A DNA stretch of 64,000 bases from NCBI GenBank assembly GCA_963819455.1, contig CAWFWF010000004.1:273839-337838 (forward strand), in the 5' to 3' direction. This DNA comes from an uncultured Acidobacteriota bacterium. Its GTDB lineage: Bacteria > Acidobacteriota > Terriglobia > Terriglobales > Acidobacteriaceae. Every line of letters starts with the position of its first letter. Within the stretch, counting starts at the first letter, position 1. Below, one piece after another: positions 8,263 through 17,444 of this stretch. Under the pieces are notes generated by a model that saw only the letters and a program-made list of their open reading frames with translations, did no database searches and was not told the origin of the DNA. Both the position numbers and the translations under genes were made by a program.

Positions 8263-9684
8263 CTATTGGCGCCCTTCGGCTGGTTGCTGATGTTCCCCAT
8301 CCGCAGGCGGGTAAAGACGCGCTTGAAAGACGGTGGGAAACAACTCGCCAGGCGATTGCTCGCGCACGAAACTTCGCACCAGTTCCGATCGCGAGAAATG
8401 CCCCAGGCTTAGGATGCGGATCAATTCGTTCTTCGAAAAGCTCTCCCAGGTGCGGCCGCGTGACCACGGAAAACAGGTCGCTTCCACGGCACACGGGGCT
8501 AAGCCTTCGCGGGTTCCCGCTTCGATCTGCTCACGCAGCCAGCGCAGGTACAAGAGTTTTTTACTGAGGGCCAAGTGCGGATCTTCCCGAATTACTGCTC
8601 CGGTAATTTCAGGAAAATCCGGACGCAAGGTATATACATGCCCGTGACCTTCTACAAGCACTTCGATATCGAGCGCCAGAAGACGCTCGAGTGTGTCGAT
8701 CCATTTACAACTGTCCACGTCCGGATTCGGAGTGGCAAAGTAGCTGCCCATGAAAGCATCGCCAGCAATCAGGACTTTCTCACTTCGGTCGTAAAGCACG
8801 ACATGATCGTCGCAATGACCGGGTGTCGCTAGAATCTCCAATTGTCCATGAATGGTTTGGATGCTGCCTTGCATGATCTCGAATGGCTGCTGCAGAGGCT
8901 CAGGTTGGCCGATGATGGCGGCTCGTACCCATGGCAATCGCCACGATGACTCGAGCAATTTCGCGGTGCCGGAGGACAAGTAGAGTGGCGCAGCCGTAGC
9001 TTGTGCCGCCCAATTCAGGTTGCCGACGTGCTCTTCGTGGTGATGCGTCGCCACTACGGCGCAAATGCTGCCTTTCGGTAAGCGCCGCAAGTGCCGAGCT
9101 AGCGAGCGCCGCATGCGCGGAGAACCTGGATCAACCAGCACTCCGTCGTAGATGATGGCGGTGAACAGCTCTCCAAAAAGAAGCGGTACGATGTCGCAGG
9201 GAATACCTCCGAGGAACAAAATCGTTAGTTTGTTCCCGGGGAAATCGACGCGGCGGCGCAGCGTGCGAAGGTGGACGCTCCATTGTCCAAGCATGTCGCG
9301 CACTCCCGCGACCGCGATCAGCGGCAGCCGTATCAGCAAACCGATGAGGTAACAACTCCAGAACGTTCCGAAGAAGGACTTTTTCTTCACTTCATCGGGA
9401 CGAGCCACTCCGCAGGCGCCGCCTCGGCACTTGCTGACCGCATAGCGGTTGCGTGCAATAAAGCGATAAGCAATATCGCCTAGCCAGCGAAATGGCGGCA
9501 CGCGGCCCAGCCAGCCGATCAAGAACGTTGCCGGAAACAGGCGCGCTAGTTCGGCGACAGCGTCCCAGCCGCGGCGGACTTCCCCCCGCGGTGTCACTAC
9601 GTGAAGTTCGCGCAAACAGGCGTCGACCTCTAAACCGGGGTGTATATCAGGCAGGAGTGCAGCGACGATTGGGACGGAAGCCAC
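8263..9684 (-). CDS. DCC-type thiol-disulfide oxidoreductase (DUF393) / MBL-fold metallo-hydrolase fusion; N-terminus apparently frameshifted
   Basis: MBL motif THHHEEHVGN plus downstream His and Asp residues. The N-terminal ~90 aa match the C-terminal half of DCC proteins (..RFIARNRYAVSKC). The CxxC half lies upstream without a start codon (see findings). Confidence 0.8.
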   Translation of the reverse strand: MASVPIVAALLPDIHPGLEVDACLRELHVVTPRGEVRRGWDAVAELARLFPATFLIGWLGRVPPFRWLGDIAYRFIARNRYAVSKCRGGACGVARPDEVKKKSFFGTFWSCYLIGLLIRLPLIAVAGVRDMLGQWSVHLRTLRRRVDFPGNKLTILFLGGIPCDIVPLLFGELFTAIIYDGVLVDPGSPRMRRSLARHLRRLPKGSICAVVATHHHEEHVGNLNWAAQATAAPLYLSSGTAKLLESSWRLPWVRAAIIGQPEPLQQPFEIMQGSIQTIHGQLEILATPGHCDDHVVLYDRSEKVLIAGDAFMGSYFATPNPDVDSCKWIDTLERLLALDIEVLVEGHGHVYTLRPDFPEITGAVIREDPHLALSKKLLYLRWLREQIEAGTREGLAPCAVEATCFPWSRGRTWESFSKNELIRILSLGHFSRSELVRSFVREQSPGELFPTVFQARLYPPADGEHQQPAEGRQ

Positions 9685-9980
9685 CTTCTCGTGCCGATCG
9701 AGAAGCTTCAGCCACGAAACGAACGCCTGGCAGATTTCGCACTGCTCATCGTAGATGGCGATGTGCTGGTCTGGTCGTACGGAAGCGAGGACGTTGCCCG
9801 ATGCAGCGACGCCTGAGTGCGAACTGAGGCTGATACTCCCCCCTCGTCACGCATAGTAGATCGTAATTCCCAAGCGATTCTGGCAGAAGGCTCGCTCGCA
9901 CACCAGCCTTTTCCCAACGAAAAGAAAACCCCCGGCTGCACCGGGGGTCTACCTCGAGACTCTGCGACTTCGCCTACGAC

Positions 9981-10592
9981 CTACTGGCGGCGGCCGTTGT
10001 GCTTATCGCGGTAAATCTGGCGCGACTCGCGATTCTGCTGTTTGTTGACCTGCTTCTTCTCTTGCGCGGTCAACTTGCCGCCATTCGCGGCACGGTCATT
10101 CCGAACTTCATTGTTAATTTTCGATTCATTTTTCTCGATATGCGCGGTTTCGCCGGCCGTCAATTGGCCACTCTTGATTCCCTGCGCGACACGATCCTGC
10201 TGATTTTCTTCGCGCTTGCCAACTTCGCTCTTGGGATTTGTATTCTGCACTGCCCCGTTGTGCTTGTCCTGGTAAATCTGCTTGGAAAGCTGGTTCTGCT
10301 GACGCGTCAGCTTCTCTTTGTCGGCGGTGGTGAGCTTGCCGTCGTCGGCTTTGCGCATCGCTCGCTCTTCGTGATTGACGGCCGCTTCCTTCTTTTCGAT
10401 GTTCGCAGTTTCACCCGCAGTCAACTCGCCGCTTTGCACTCCATTCGCAACGCGGTCCTGCTGGTTTTCCTTGCGATTCTGAATTGTCTGGCCGGTTACA
10501 GGCGTAGCGGCGGGAGTGCTCTGGGCCACAACAGGCAGCGCAAGCATAGCGAGCGTAGCGCTGAACAGCGTGATCTTGATCGTGCTCTTCAT
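9981..10592 (-). CDS. secreted protein made of two ~85-aa tandem repeats with LTxxE/Q motifs
   Basis: Signal peptide MKSTIKITLFSATLAMLALPVVAQ. Two repeats of the form ENQQDRVA.G..SG.LTAGETA.IEK.E....E.R......GKLT..(D/E)K..(L/V)..QQN..S(K/R)QIY.DKHNG. Confidence 0.7.
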   Translation of the reverse strand: MKSTIKITLFSATLAMLALPVVAQSTPAATPVTGQTIQNRKENQQDRVANGVQSGELTAGETANIEKKEAAVNHEERAMRKADDGKLTTADKEKLTRQQNQLSKQIYQDKHNGAVQNTNPKSEVGKREENQQDRVAQGIKSGQLTAGETAHIEKNESKINNEVRNDRAANGGKLTAQEKKQVNKQQNRESRQIYRDKHNGRRQ

Positions 10593-10741
10593 GGGAATTC
10601 TCTCCGTGATTTGATTTCGTCAGTACTTAGAACCTTGTGGCCACAGGAGAACGAAACCCGCAGTGTCAAGAAATGTTGCGCGCAACACGATCGTGCGACT
10701 AAGTAACAGATGGTATGGAAGATAGCTCGAAAGAGGAGTGC

Positions 10742-11578
10742 TTAGAGGCCCGCTTCGATACGCGAACGAGGATCGAGGTAATCGCGCAGAGCGTCACCAA
10801 TGAAATTGAAACTCAACACCGCCAGCATCACTGCGATCGCAGGCACGACCACAAGATGAGGCGCATCGAACAAATGTGCGCGGCCGTCGTTGAGCATCGC
10901 TCCCCAACTCGCCGTTGGAGGCGGAACTCCCAAGCCGAGAAAACTCATGGTCGCTTCGGCCAGGATCGCTCCCGCCATCCCGATCGCCGCCTGCACAATG
11001 ACCGGCTGAATAATGTTCGGAAGAATGTGGAGAACGATGATCCGCAAGTCGGTGGCGCCGAGCGCGCGAGCGGCTTCGACAAATTCGCGCTCACGGGCTG
11101 CAAGAACCTGTCCGCGAACAAGCCGTGCATAGCCAACCCATCCGCCGAGAGAGAGCGCGATCACGAGGTTGAAGATTCCCGGGCCGCGGAAAGCCACGAA
11201 CGCAATCGCAATGAGAATTCCGGGGAACGACAGGAAAGCATTCATCAGCACAATATTCACAAAGCGATCGATGCCGCCGCCGTAGTATCCCGCAATCGAA
11301 CCGATGATGAGTCCGAGCACCAGCGAAGTGAGGACGACGCAGCTTCCCACCGCCATCGAGATGCGCGCCCCATAAATCGTTCGCGAAAGAATGTCGCGGC
11401 CCAGTTCGTCAGTGCCGAACCAGTGCGCGTGCGATGCGGTCGTCAGGCGCGAAGGCAAATCAATCGCCGCTGGATCTTGCGGAGCGATCCAGGGTGCGAA
11501 GATTGCGAAAATGACAAAGACGATGACCAGCACGGCGCCAACGGCCGCCAGACGGATTGTGGCGCGCGTTTCCAGCAA
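10742..11578 (-). CDS. ABC peptide/nickel-type transporter permease (DppC/OppC-like), orphan
   Basis: The 278-aa C-terminal part of the long ORF has the DppC pattern (..FAPWIAPQDP..WFGTDELGRDILSR..EAARALGA..). TTG start proposed at 11578. The upstream ORF extension overlaps the esterase gene and is judged spurious. Confidence 0.75.
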   Translation of the reverse strand: MLETRATIRLAAVGAVLVIVFVIFAIFAPWIAPQDPAAIDLPSRLTTASHAHWFGTDELGRDILSRTIYGARISMAVGSCVVLTSLVLGLIIGSIAGYYGGGIDRFVNIVLMNAFLSFPGILIAIAFVAFRGPGIFNLVIALSLGGWVGYARLVRGQVLAAREREFVEAARALGATDLRIIVLHILPNIIQPVIVQAAIGMAGAILAEATMSFLGLGVPPPTASWGAMLNDGRAHLFDAPHLVVVPAIAVMLAVLSFNFIGDALRDYLDPRSRIEAGL

Positions 11579-11719
11579 CTTTGCTGCGCAACGAAATGGT
11601 TGATGAAGCGGACATGAACTGTGCCCGACAATCTTATACCGGACACTTGCCTGTGGCGCTCGTCGGCTGCGATCATCTTTGGCACTTCGTATCCATTTTG
11701 CAAACCGAGGGTGGTGCTC

Positions 11720-12649
11720 ATGCGTGAGCTTCTTCTTCTTTTTGTCGCTCTGATATTTCTCGCCATCGGTGCATCGGCGCAAAAGCCCGCATGGCAGCCC
11801 GCTGCAGGGCATCTGACGCTCGATCTTTGGCCACAGGGCGCGCCGGGAAGCGCAGCCGAATTCCGCACCCGAGATCGATACGACCACTCCAAAGACAATA
11901 TGATCGCGGGAAAGCCGCTGATTCGGCTGGGCAACGTAGTCGAAGCCGACACTCACGGTGTATACGCCAAAGCCAACAACACGGGCACTGCAATCGTCGT
12001 GTTCCCCGGCGGCGCCTATCGAATCCTGGCCATCGATCTGGAAGGTACGGAAGTTTGCGATTGGCTCAACTCGGCGGGAATTACTTGCATTCTGGTGAAG
12101 TATCGCGTTCCCGACTCCGGGCCGTTTCCCAAGTCTTCCGCGGCGTTGCAGGATGCGCAGCGTGCCGTGGGCATCGCACGTTCTCACGCCATGGAGTGGC
12201 ACATCGATGCGAAGCACATCGGAGTTCTGGGATTCTCCGCCGGAGCGCATCTGTCTGCCGCGCTGAGCACGCACTTCGAGCAGCGCCTGTACGATCCGGT
12301 CGACGACTCGGATAAGGTGAGTTGCCGGCCCGATTTCGCCGTAATCGTTTATCCCGGATACCTCGCGCTATCCGAGCAAAACTTTGCGGCAAATGCCGAG
12401 ATTCACGTCACGGATAAAACGCCGCCAACGTTTATCGTTCAGGCCGAGGACGATCCCGTGCACGTGGAAAATTCAACGGTATATTTTCTGGCGCTGAAAA
12501 ATGCGAAGGTCCCGACGGAGATGCATCTATACGCCGAGGGCGGCCACGGCTATGGCTTGCGCAAGACAGAGTTGCCGGTAACGGAATGGCCTCAGCTAGT
12601 AGAGAAGTGGATGAAGACAATCAAAGTGACGCCACCTCCTGTACCGTAG
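11720..12649 (+). CDS. secreted alpha/beta-hydrolase (esterase/lipase type)
   Basis: Signal peptide MRELLLLFVALIFLAIGASAQ, nucleophile elbow GFSAGAH and C-terminal HGYG. The ATG at 11720 was chosen because it precedes the signal peptide. Confidence 0.8.
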   Translation: MRELLLLFVALIFLAIGASAQKPAWQPAAGHLTLDLWPQGAPGSAAEFRTRDRYDHSKDNMIAGKPLIRLGNVVEADTHGVYAKANNTGTAIVVFPGGAYRILAIDLEGTEVCDWLNSAGITCILVKYRVPDSGPFPKSSAALQDAQRAVGIARSHAMEWHIDAKHIGVLGFSAGAHLSAALSTHFEQRLYDPVDDSDKVSCRPDFAVIVYPGYLALSEQNFAANAEIHVTDKTPPTFIVQAEDDPVHVENSTVYFLALKNAKVPTEMHLYAEGGHGYGLRKTELPVTEWPQLVEKWMKTIKVTPPPVP

Positions 12650-13051
12650 TTACCAGACTTCCAGATGGAAGTCACGATAACTTCGAATCAGTTCAAAGTC
12701 TGTCCGGTTGGTCGTGATCAGGCGGGCGCCGTGCGAACGCACACTAAGTGCAATCAGGGCGTCAAAATGCAGGTCCCGCAATTTCGCCGGTGTAAAGCCC
12801 CGCTCCGCTCGAATGGCAGATAGTATTTCACCCGATTCAATCCAAATCTTTTCGGTCGGAATCAGGATGGGGTGATTTCTCGCGAGGCTCCGCAGAAATT
12901 CGCGATCTGAGGGTGTTGTCGCGCCGCGCCACAACTCGGCCAAGACCACAGCAGATGTCCGGATTATGCCGATCAAGGACTCGATCCTCTCTTGATGGCG
13001 CAGTGTCCGGAGATCGTCAATAATCACAGATGAGTCGAGAACCAGGATCAA
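12650..13051 (-). CDS. vapC: PIN-domain toxin VapC
   Basis: 133 aa. MILVLDSSVIID (Asp6), LAELWRG and an acidic residue near ..FDALIA.. fit the PIN fold. It overlaps the upstream antitoxin gene by 4 nt. Confidence 0.85.
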   Translation of the reverse strand: MILVLDSSVIIDDLRTLRHQERIESLIGIIRTSAVVLAELWRGATTPSDREFLRSLARNHPILIPTEKIWIESGEILSAIRAERGFTPAKLRDLHFDALIALSVRSHGARLITTNRTDFELIRSYRDFHLEVW

Positions 13052-13236
13052 TCGACGTGTCCTTGAAACGTTGCCTTACCTTCGTACTTCTTCATTAACT
13101 TCTTGAATTTCTTCAGAGCGACGATTTCTCGAAGGGCGATATGCACCGCATCGGTTCGGGATTTCGCACCAAGGATTCTGACCGCTTCGTCGGCTAACTG
13201 AGTGTCCAAACGAATCGAAGTCATAGTTACGGCCAT
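13048..13236 (-). CDS. vapB: VapB-type antitoxin
   Basis: 62 aa. MAVTMTSIRLDTQLADEAVRILGAKSRTDAVHIALREIV is typical of small VapB antitoxins. GGAGG lies 6 nt upstream of the ATG. Confidence 0.75.
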   Translation of the reverse strand: MAVTMTSIRLDTQLADEAVRILGAKSRTDAVHIALREIVALKKFKKLMKKYEGKATFQGHVD

Positions 13237-13242
13237 CGCGCA

Positions 13243-13285
13243 CCTCCTGATATATACATTTTATCAAACTTGTATATACGGTCAA
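13243..13285 (-). promoter_or_regulatory. candidate vapBC promoter/operator and RBS
   Basis: On the minus strand: TTGACC (13285-13280), 16 nt, TAAAAT (13263-13258), GGAGG (13247-13243). The palindromic GTATATAC (13272-13279) and a second TATATAC (13251-13257) flank the -10 element. Confidence 0.45.
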
Positions 13286-13319
13286 GCAGAAAGCATCGCC
13301 CAGGCAGGAGAACTCTCGT

Positions 13320-14240
13320 TCAGCCTACTGCCGGATCCTGTGGATTCGCTACCGAATAGAGCACATCCGTGAGAAAGTTCACGGCGACATAGGTCAACCG
13401 ATCGCCAGGATGCACCCTTGCACAAGGTAATAGTCGCGGCCGGAGATCGCTTGGATCGTCAGGCGTCCGATGCCGGGCCACGCAAAGATCGTTTCCGTGA
13501 CAATCGCCCCGGCCAGCAATGCGCCGAATTGCAAACCAAGCACAGTCAGCACAGGGATCATGGCATTGCGCAGAGCATGACGATAGACCACCGTTCTTTC
13601 CGGCAGACCTTTGGCGCGTGCGGTGCGGATGTAGTCCTGGCTCAGTTCCTCGAGCATTGACGTGCGTACCATGCGAGTGAGTATCGCTGCCAGAGCGCTT
13701 CCCATCGTGAATGCGGGCAGGACGAGCGTGGCGAACGATCCGGCACCGGACACCGGAAGCCATCCCAGCTTGATCGCAAACAGCAGGATGAGGATCGGTC
13801 CAAGGGCGAAGTTCGGGAATGACAGGCCGAAGAGGCTGACGACCGAGAGCAAACGATCGTCCCAGCGATTGCGGCGGCGGGCGGAGCGAACTCCCGCAGG
13901 GATCGACAGAAGAATCGCGACTAAAAGTGCAGCCAGCGTCAGTCGCAGAGTGAACGGATAGCGTTGAGCCAACAACTTGGAAACAGTCTGGTTGTAACGG
14001 ATCGATCGCCCGAGATCGCCATGCAGGACGCCTTTCCAGTAGCGCACATACTGCTCACCGAGCTGGAGCGTCGAGTCCGTAGGCGTGCCGTGTTGCCGCA
14101 ATGTCGGCGGGTGGCGCGCCCTCCCCAAGCATCTGTGCGATTGGATCTCCGGGGACAAGGTGGATCATCAGGAAAACAAGACTAACGACCAGCCAGATGA
14201 CCGGCAGCGTGTAGAGCACTCGTTGGACAAGGGCTTTCAC
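13320..14240 (-). pseudogene. ABC peptide transporter permease (DppB/OppB-like), interrupted by at least 2-3 frameshifts
   Basis: The N-terminus MKALVQRVLYTLPVIWLVVSLVFLMIHLVPGDPIAQMLGE..YGLD is in one frame (14240-14055). The core ..EQYVRYWKGVLHGDLGRSI..TARAKGL.. is in a second frame (to 13394). The C-terminus LTYVAVNFLTDVLYSVANP.. is in a third frame (to 13320). Confidence 0.8.
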
Positions 14241-14242
14241 GC

Positions 14243-14322
14243 TGTCATCCTTCCGCTCTCACCCACATTGTCATCCTTCCATTTCGTACCCACGTTGTCA
14301 TCCTGCGCGGAGTCGAAGGATC
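14243..14322 (+). repeat. three tandem ~27-nt units starting TGTCATCC
   Basis: TGTCATCCTTCCGCTCTCACCCACAT / TGTCATCCTTCCATTTCGTACCCACGT / TGTCATCCTGCGCGGAGTCGAAGGATC, starting at 14243, 14269 and 14296. Confidence 0.6.
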
Positions 14323-14492
14323 CCTGCGTGTAGGCGCCCCCGATAGCGCATCCGGGAATTCTCTCAACGGACCATCGACATTCTCGGAAAGACGCCTCGA
14401 AGCACTTCCGCAGACGGCAAGAGTGCAGGGGTTCCTTCGACTGCGCCCGACGGTTCGCTTTGCTCACCCTCGTGCTCCGCTCAGGATGACAA
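14295..14492. repeat. MITE-like palindromic element with TTGTCATCCTG / CAGGATGACAA termini
   Basis: The left end is TTGTCATCCTGCGCGGAGTCGAAGGATCCCTG. The right end ..CAGGGGTTCCTTCGAC...GCTCAGGATGACAA is its inverted complement. Same family as 40755-40931. Confidence 0.6.
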
Positions 14493-14515
14493 ACTTGGTG
14501 AGCCGCGTGCACCGC

Positions 14516-15905
14516 TTAGTCCCCGCCCTGCTTTGCCACCTCAGCTTCGCCTTCCACCTTGGCCGTCTTCTCAATTCTCACTCGGGCAATGCGGTGGCCT
14601 TCCAATTCTTCGACCGTGTAGCGCCGCCCATCATATTCGAAAGAGTCGCGAAGGCTGGGAATCCGTTGCAGGCGGGCCAGGATAAATCCCGCCAGGGTCT
14701 CAAAGCCGGCGTCCCGTGGGACCGACACTCCATATTGCGTTTCCAGGTCACGAATGCTGACCGCGCCTTCGAGAACGATCACCGATTCATCTTCCAGCGC
14801 AGGCTCGCTCGGCGAAACGTCAAACTCATCTTCGATATTCCCCACAAGTTGTTCGAGAATATCCTCGACTGTGATGACGCCCGCCGTCGAACCGAACTCG
14901 TCCACCACGACCGCCAAGTGACGGCGGCGTTCCTTGAACTCTGCCAGCAACTCGGCCAAGACCTTCGTCTCGGGCACAACGACCACGTCGTGCATGATCT
15001 GCCCAATATGCATCTTCGAAATCCGGGTCGCCGTCGACTGACCGAGATTGCTCAACCGAAGCCGCATCCAGCGCATGAGATCCTTGTAATAGAGGACGCC
15101 GACGATATGTTCGGGCCCGCGCTGCGGATCATAAACCGGGATGCGGGAATGCTGACCCTCAACCACGCGGACCAGCGCCTCATCCAGTTGCAGGTCGCGA
15201 GGGCAAAGAGAAAATGTCGGGGCGCGCGACCATCACCTCTCGAACCGTAATGCTGTCGAGTTCGATTGCGCTGTGAATCATCTCTTCCTGAAATTCAGGG
15301 ATCTGCCCAAACTGTCGGCTGGCCGTCACGATCAGCTTCAGTTCGTCGGGGGAATGAACCGCTCCGCGGCGACGCGTGTGCTGCGCCCCAAAAAGGCGAA
15401 GGACTAACCCTCCGGAACGCCTCATAAAGAAGAGGATCGGTCCGCTAATGGTGAGGAACCCTTCCATGGGGGCAGCGACGGCAAGAGCAATCTGCTCCGC
15501 TCGCTGCAATGCCAGAGTTTTTGGGACAAGCTCTCCAAGAATCACGTGCATGTATGTGATCAACGTGAAGGCAATCGCGATGGCGATACCGTGTGCGTAA
15601 ACCTGAAGATGAGGAAGGCGCTGCACGAAATGCAGGCTGCCGACGAGCTGAGCGACCATCGGCTCGCCGATCCAACCCAAGGTGAGGCTGACGATCGTGA
15701 TGCCGAGCTGAACGCCATTGACGACTTCGTCCAGACGCAGGTGCAGGCGCTGCACGATGCGGGCGCCGATGCGCCCGGAGTCGATCAATTGCTGGATGCG
15801 AGTATCGCGAACGCTGACCAGCGAAAATTCAGCGGCGGCGAAGAACGCATTTGCTGCGACCAGGAGCAGGATCAGAAACACCCGGAGCAGCACGAAAGCG
15901 ATCAT
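14516..15905 (-). pseudogene. CNNM/CorC-HlyC family protein (DUF21 + CBS pair + CorC_HlyC), split by one frameshift
   Basis: The ORF 15905-15180 encodes the DUF21 TM domain and the start of CBS1 (..ITVREVMVARPDIFSLP). The ORF ending at 14516 continues with ..LQLDEALVRVVEGQHSRIPVY.. in another frame. The frames switch near 15197-15203. Confidence 0.8.
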
Positions 15906-16170
15906 GGAACGCTAATTCTAACATTTGAAAGCAGTTCTTAAAGCGCACATTGGCCCAGCCGCGCTCTTGTCGCCAACCATGGGACCTGTGTCCCGCATCA
16001 CAAAATTCACAGCACAAATCCGCTATCCTTTTAAAAGCACACGGGTCTAACTGGCAGGCGGCAGATGACTTAGCGTCTGCGCGAGTCCAGGCGAAAGTAA
16101 AGTCCAACATCATTCGGAAGTCAGGAACAAAAGCAACTCCAGCCGCGTACTACATCTTGAGGGCGGCAAA

Positions 16171-17427
16171 ATGGCTTCCCATCTCCACTTAGTGATCTCT
16201 ACAGGAGGCGTTGTGAACGGTAATGGAAATGGCAAGAAGAAACGTCGCAGACTGATTATCTGGGGAAGCGTCGCGGCGGTCATCGTTCTGCTGATCGCGG
16301 GAGGCGTATTCGCTGCCACTCGTGGCGGAAACAAGATTGATCCCTCAAAGCTTGCCAAGGTGGAGAAAGGCGATCTTGCCAAGAGCGTGGTCGCGACCGG
16401 AAAGGTCACTCCGATCACCAAGGTCGAAGTGAAGTCCAAGGCCAGCGGCATTGTGAAGAAGCTGTACGTCGAGTACGGCGACCGCGTGAAGAAGGGCCAG
16501 TTGCTGGCGCAGTTGGACAAAATCGAGATCGAAGCTCAGGTCGCACAGTCGCAAGCCGGACTGGAAGCGGCCGAGGCCAATCTGAAAAGTTCCCAGGCCG
16601 ATTTCGAACGTGCGAAAGTCGATGCCGAGGGTCCAGATGTGCCGCTCTTGAAGCGGGCCTACGACCGCGCCACCAACATGGCGAAAGATGGAGTCGTCTC
16701 CGCCTCTGCGCTCGATGATGCGCAAAAAAACTACGAGATGGCCTTGAACAAGCAGAATGTGTCCAAGGCACAGGTCACCGTGCTCAAAGCGAAGATTGCG
16801 CAGTCCCAGGCAAACGTCGCGCAGGATCAGGCAAATCTCAAGCAGTTGGAAGAGCAACTCAACTATACCGACATCGTTTCGCCGATCGACGGTATCGTGC
16901 TCTCGCGCGATGTTGAGATGGGCGACGCGGTCAGTTCGATCCTTGTCCTTGGTTCTTCTGCCACCCTCGTCATGACGCTTGGCGACACCAGCGAAGTCTA
17001 TGTGAAGGGAAAAGTTGACGAGAGCGATATCGGCAAGGTCTATCTCGGACAGCGCGCACGGATCAAGGTCGAATCCTTCAAGGACAAGACCTTCGACGGC
17101 AAGGTGACCAAGATTTCTCCGATGGGCGTGGAGAAGGATAACGTCACGACTTTTGAAGTCCGCGTCTCGATTCAGAATCCAGGCGGCGAACTCAAAGCCG
17201 AAATGACCGCGAACGCCGAAGTCATCCTCGAAGAGCACAAGAACGTCCTGCAGATCCCTGAAGGCGCAATCCTCTACGACAAAGATAAGAAAGCGTCCGT
17301 CGAGATTCCGAACCCGAAAGCCAAGGAAGGCAAGGATAAAGTTGCCGTCAACATCGGCATCTCCAACGGCGCAAAAACCGAAGTGCTGAGCGGTCTGAAG
17401 GAAGGCGATCAGGTCGTACTTCAGTAG
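16171..17427 (+). CDS. HlyD/MacA-family periplasmic adaptor (membrane fusion protein)
   Basis: N-terminal TM anchor, a lipoyl-like segment (ATGKVTPITKVEVKSKASGIVKKLYVEYGDRVKKGQLLAQLD), a long coiled-coil hairpin and a beta-barrel C-terminus. An alternative GTG start at 16213 follows AGGAGG. Confidence 0.9.
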   Translation: MASHLHLVISTGGVVNGNGNGKKKRRRLIIWGSVAAVIVLLIAGGVFAATRGGNKIDPSKLAKVEKGDLAKSVVATGKVTPITKVEVKSKASGIVKKLYVEYGDRVKKGQLLAQLDKIEIEAQVAQSQAGLEAAEANLKSSQADFERAKVDAEGPDVPLLKRAYDRATNMAKDGVVSASALDDAQKNYEMALNKQNVSKAQVTVLKAKIAQSQANVAQDQANLKQLEEQLNYTDIVSPIDGIVLSRDVEMGDAVSSILVLGSSATLVMTLGDTSEVYVKGKVDESDIGKVYLGQRARIKVESFKDKTFDGKVTKISPMGVEKDNVTTFEVRVSIQNPGGELKAEMTANAEVILEEHKNVLQIPEGAILYDKDKKASVEIPNPKAKEGKDKVAVNIGISNGAKTEVLSGLKEGDQVVLQ

Positions 17428-17444
17428 TAAGGCAAGCGGCAGAC

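Noticed and set aside
10715-11617. 300-aa plus-strand ORF rich in R/D/E/H.
   Set aside because: It is antisense to the DppC-like permease and has no motifs. Shadow ORF.
11579-12274. Upstream 230-aa extension of the dppC-like ORF (the track gives 10742-12274, 510 aa).
   Set aside because: The extension overlaps the well-supported plus-strand esterase gene and has an Arg/Ser/Cys-rich non-protein-like composition. Permease homology begins only at about 11578.
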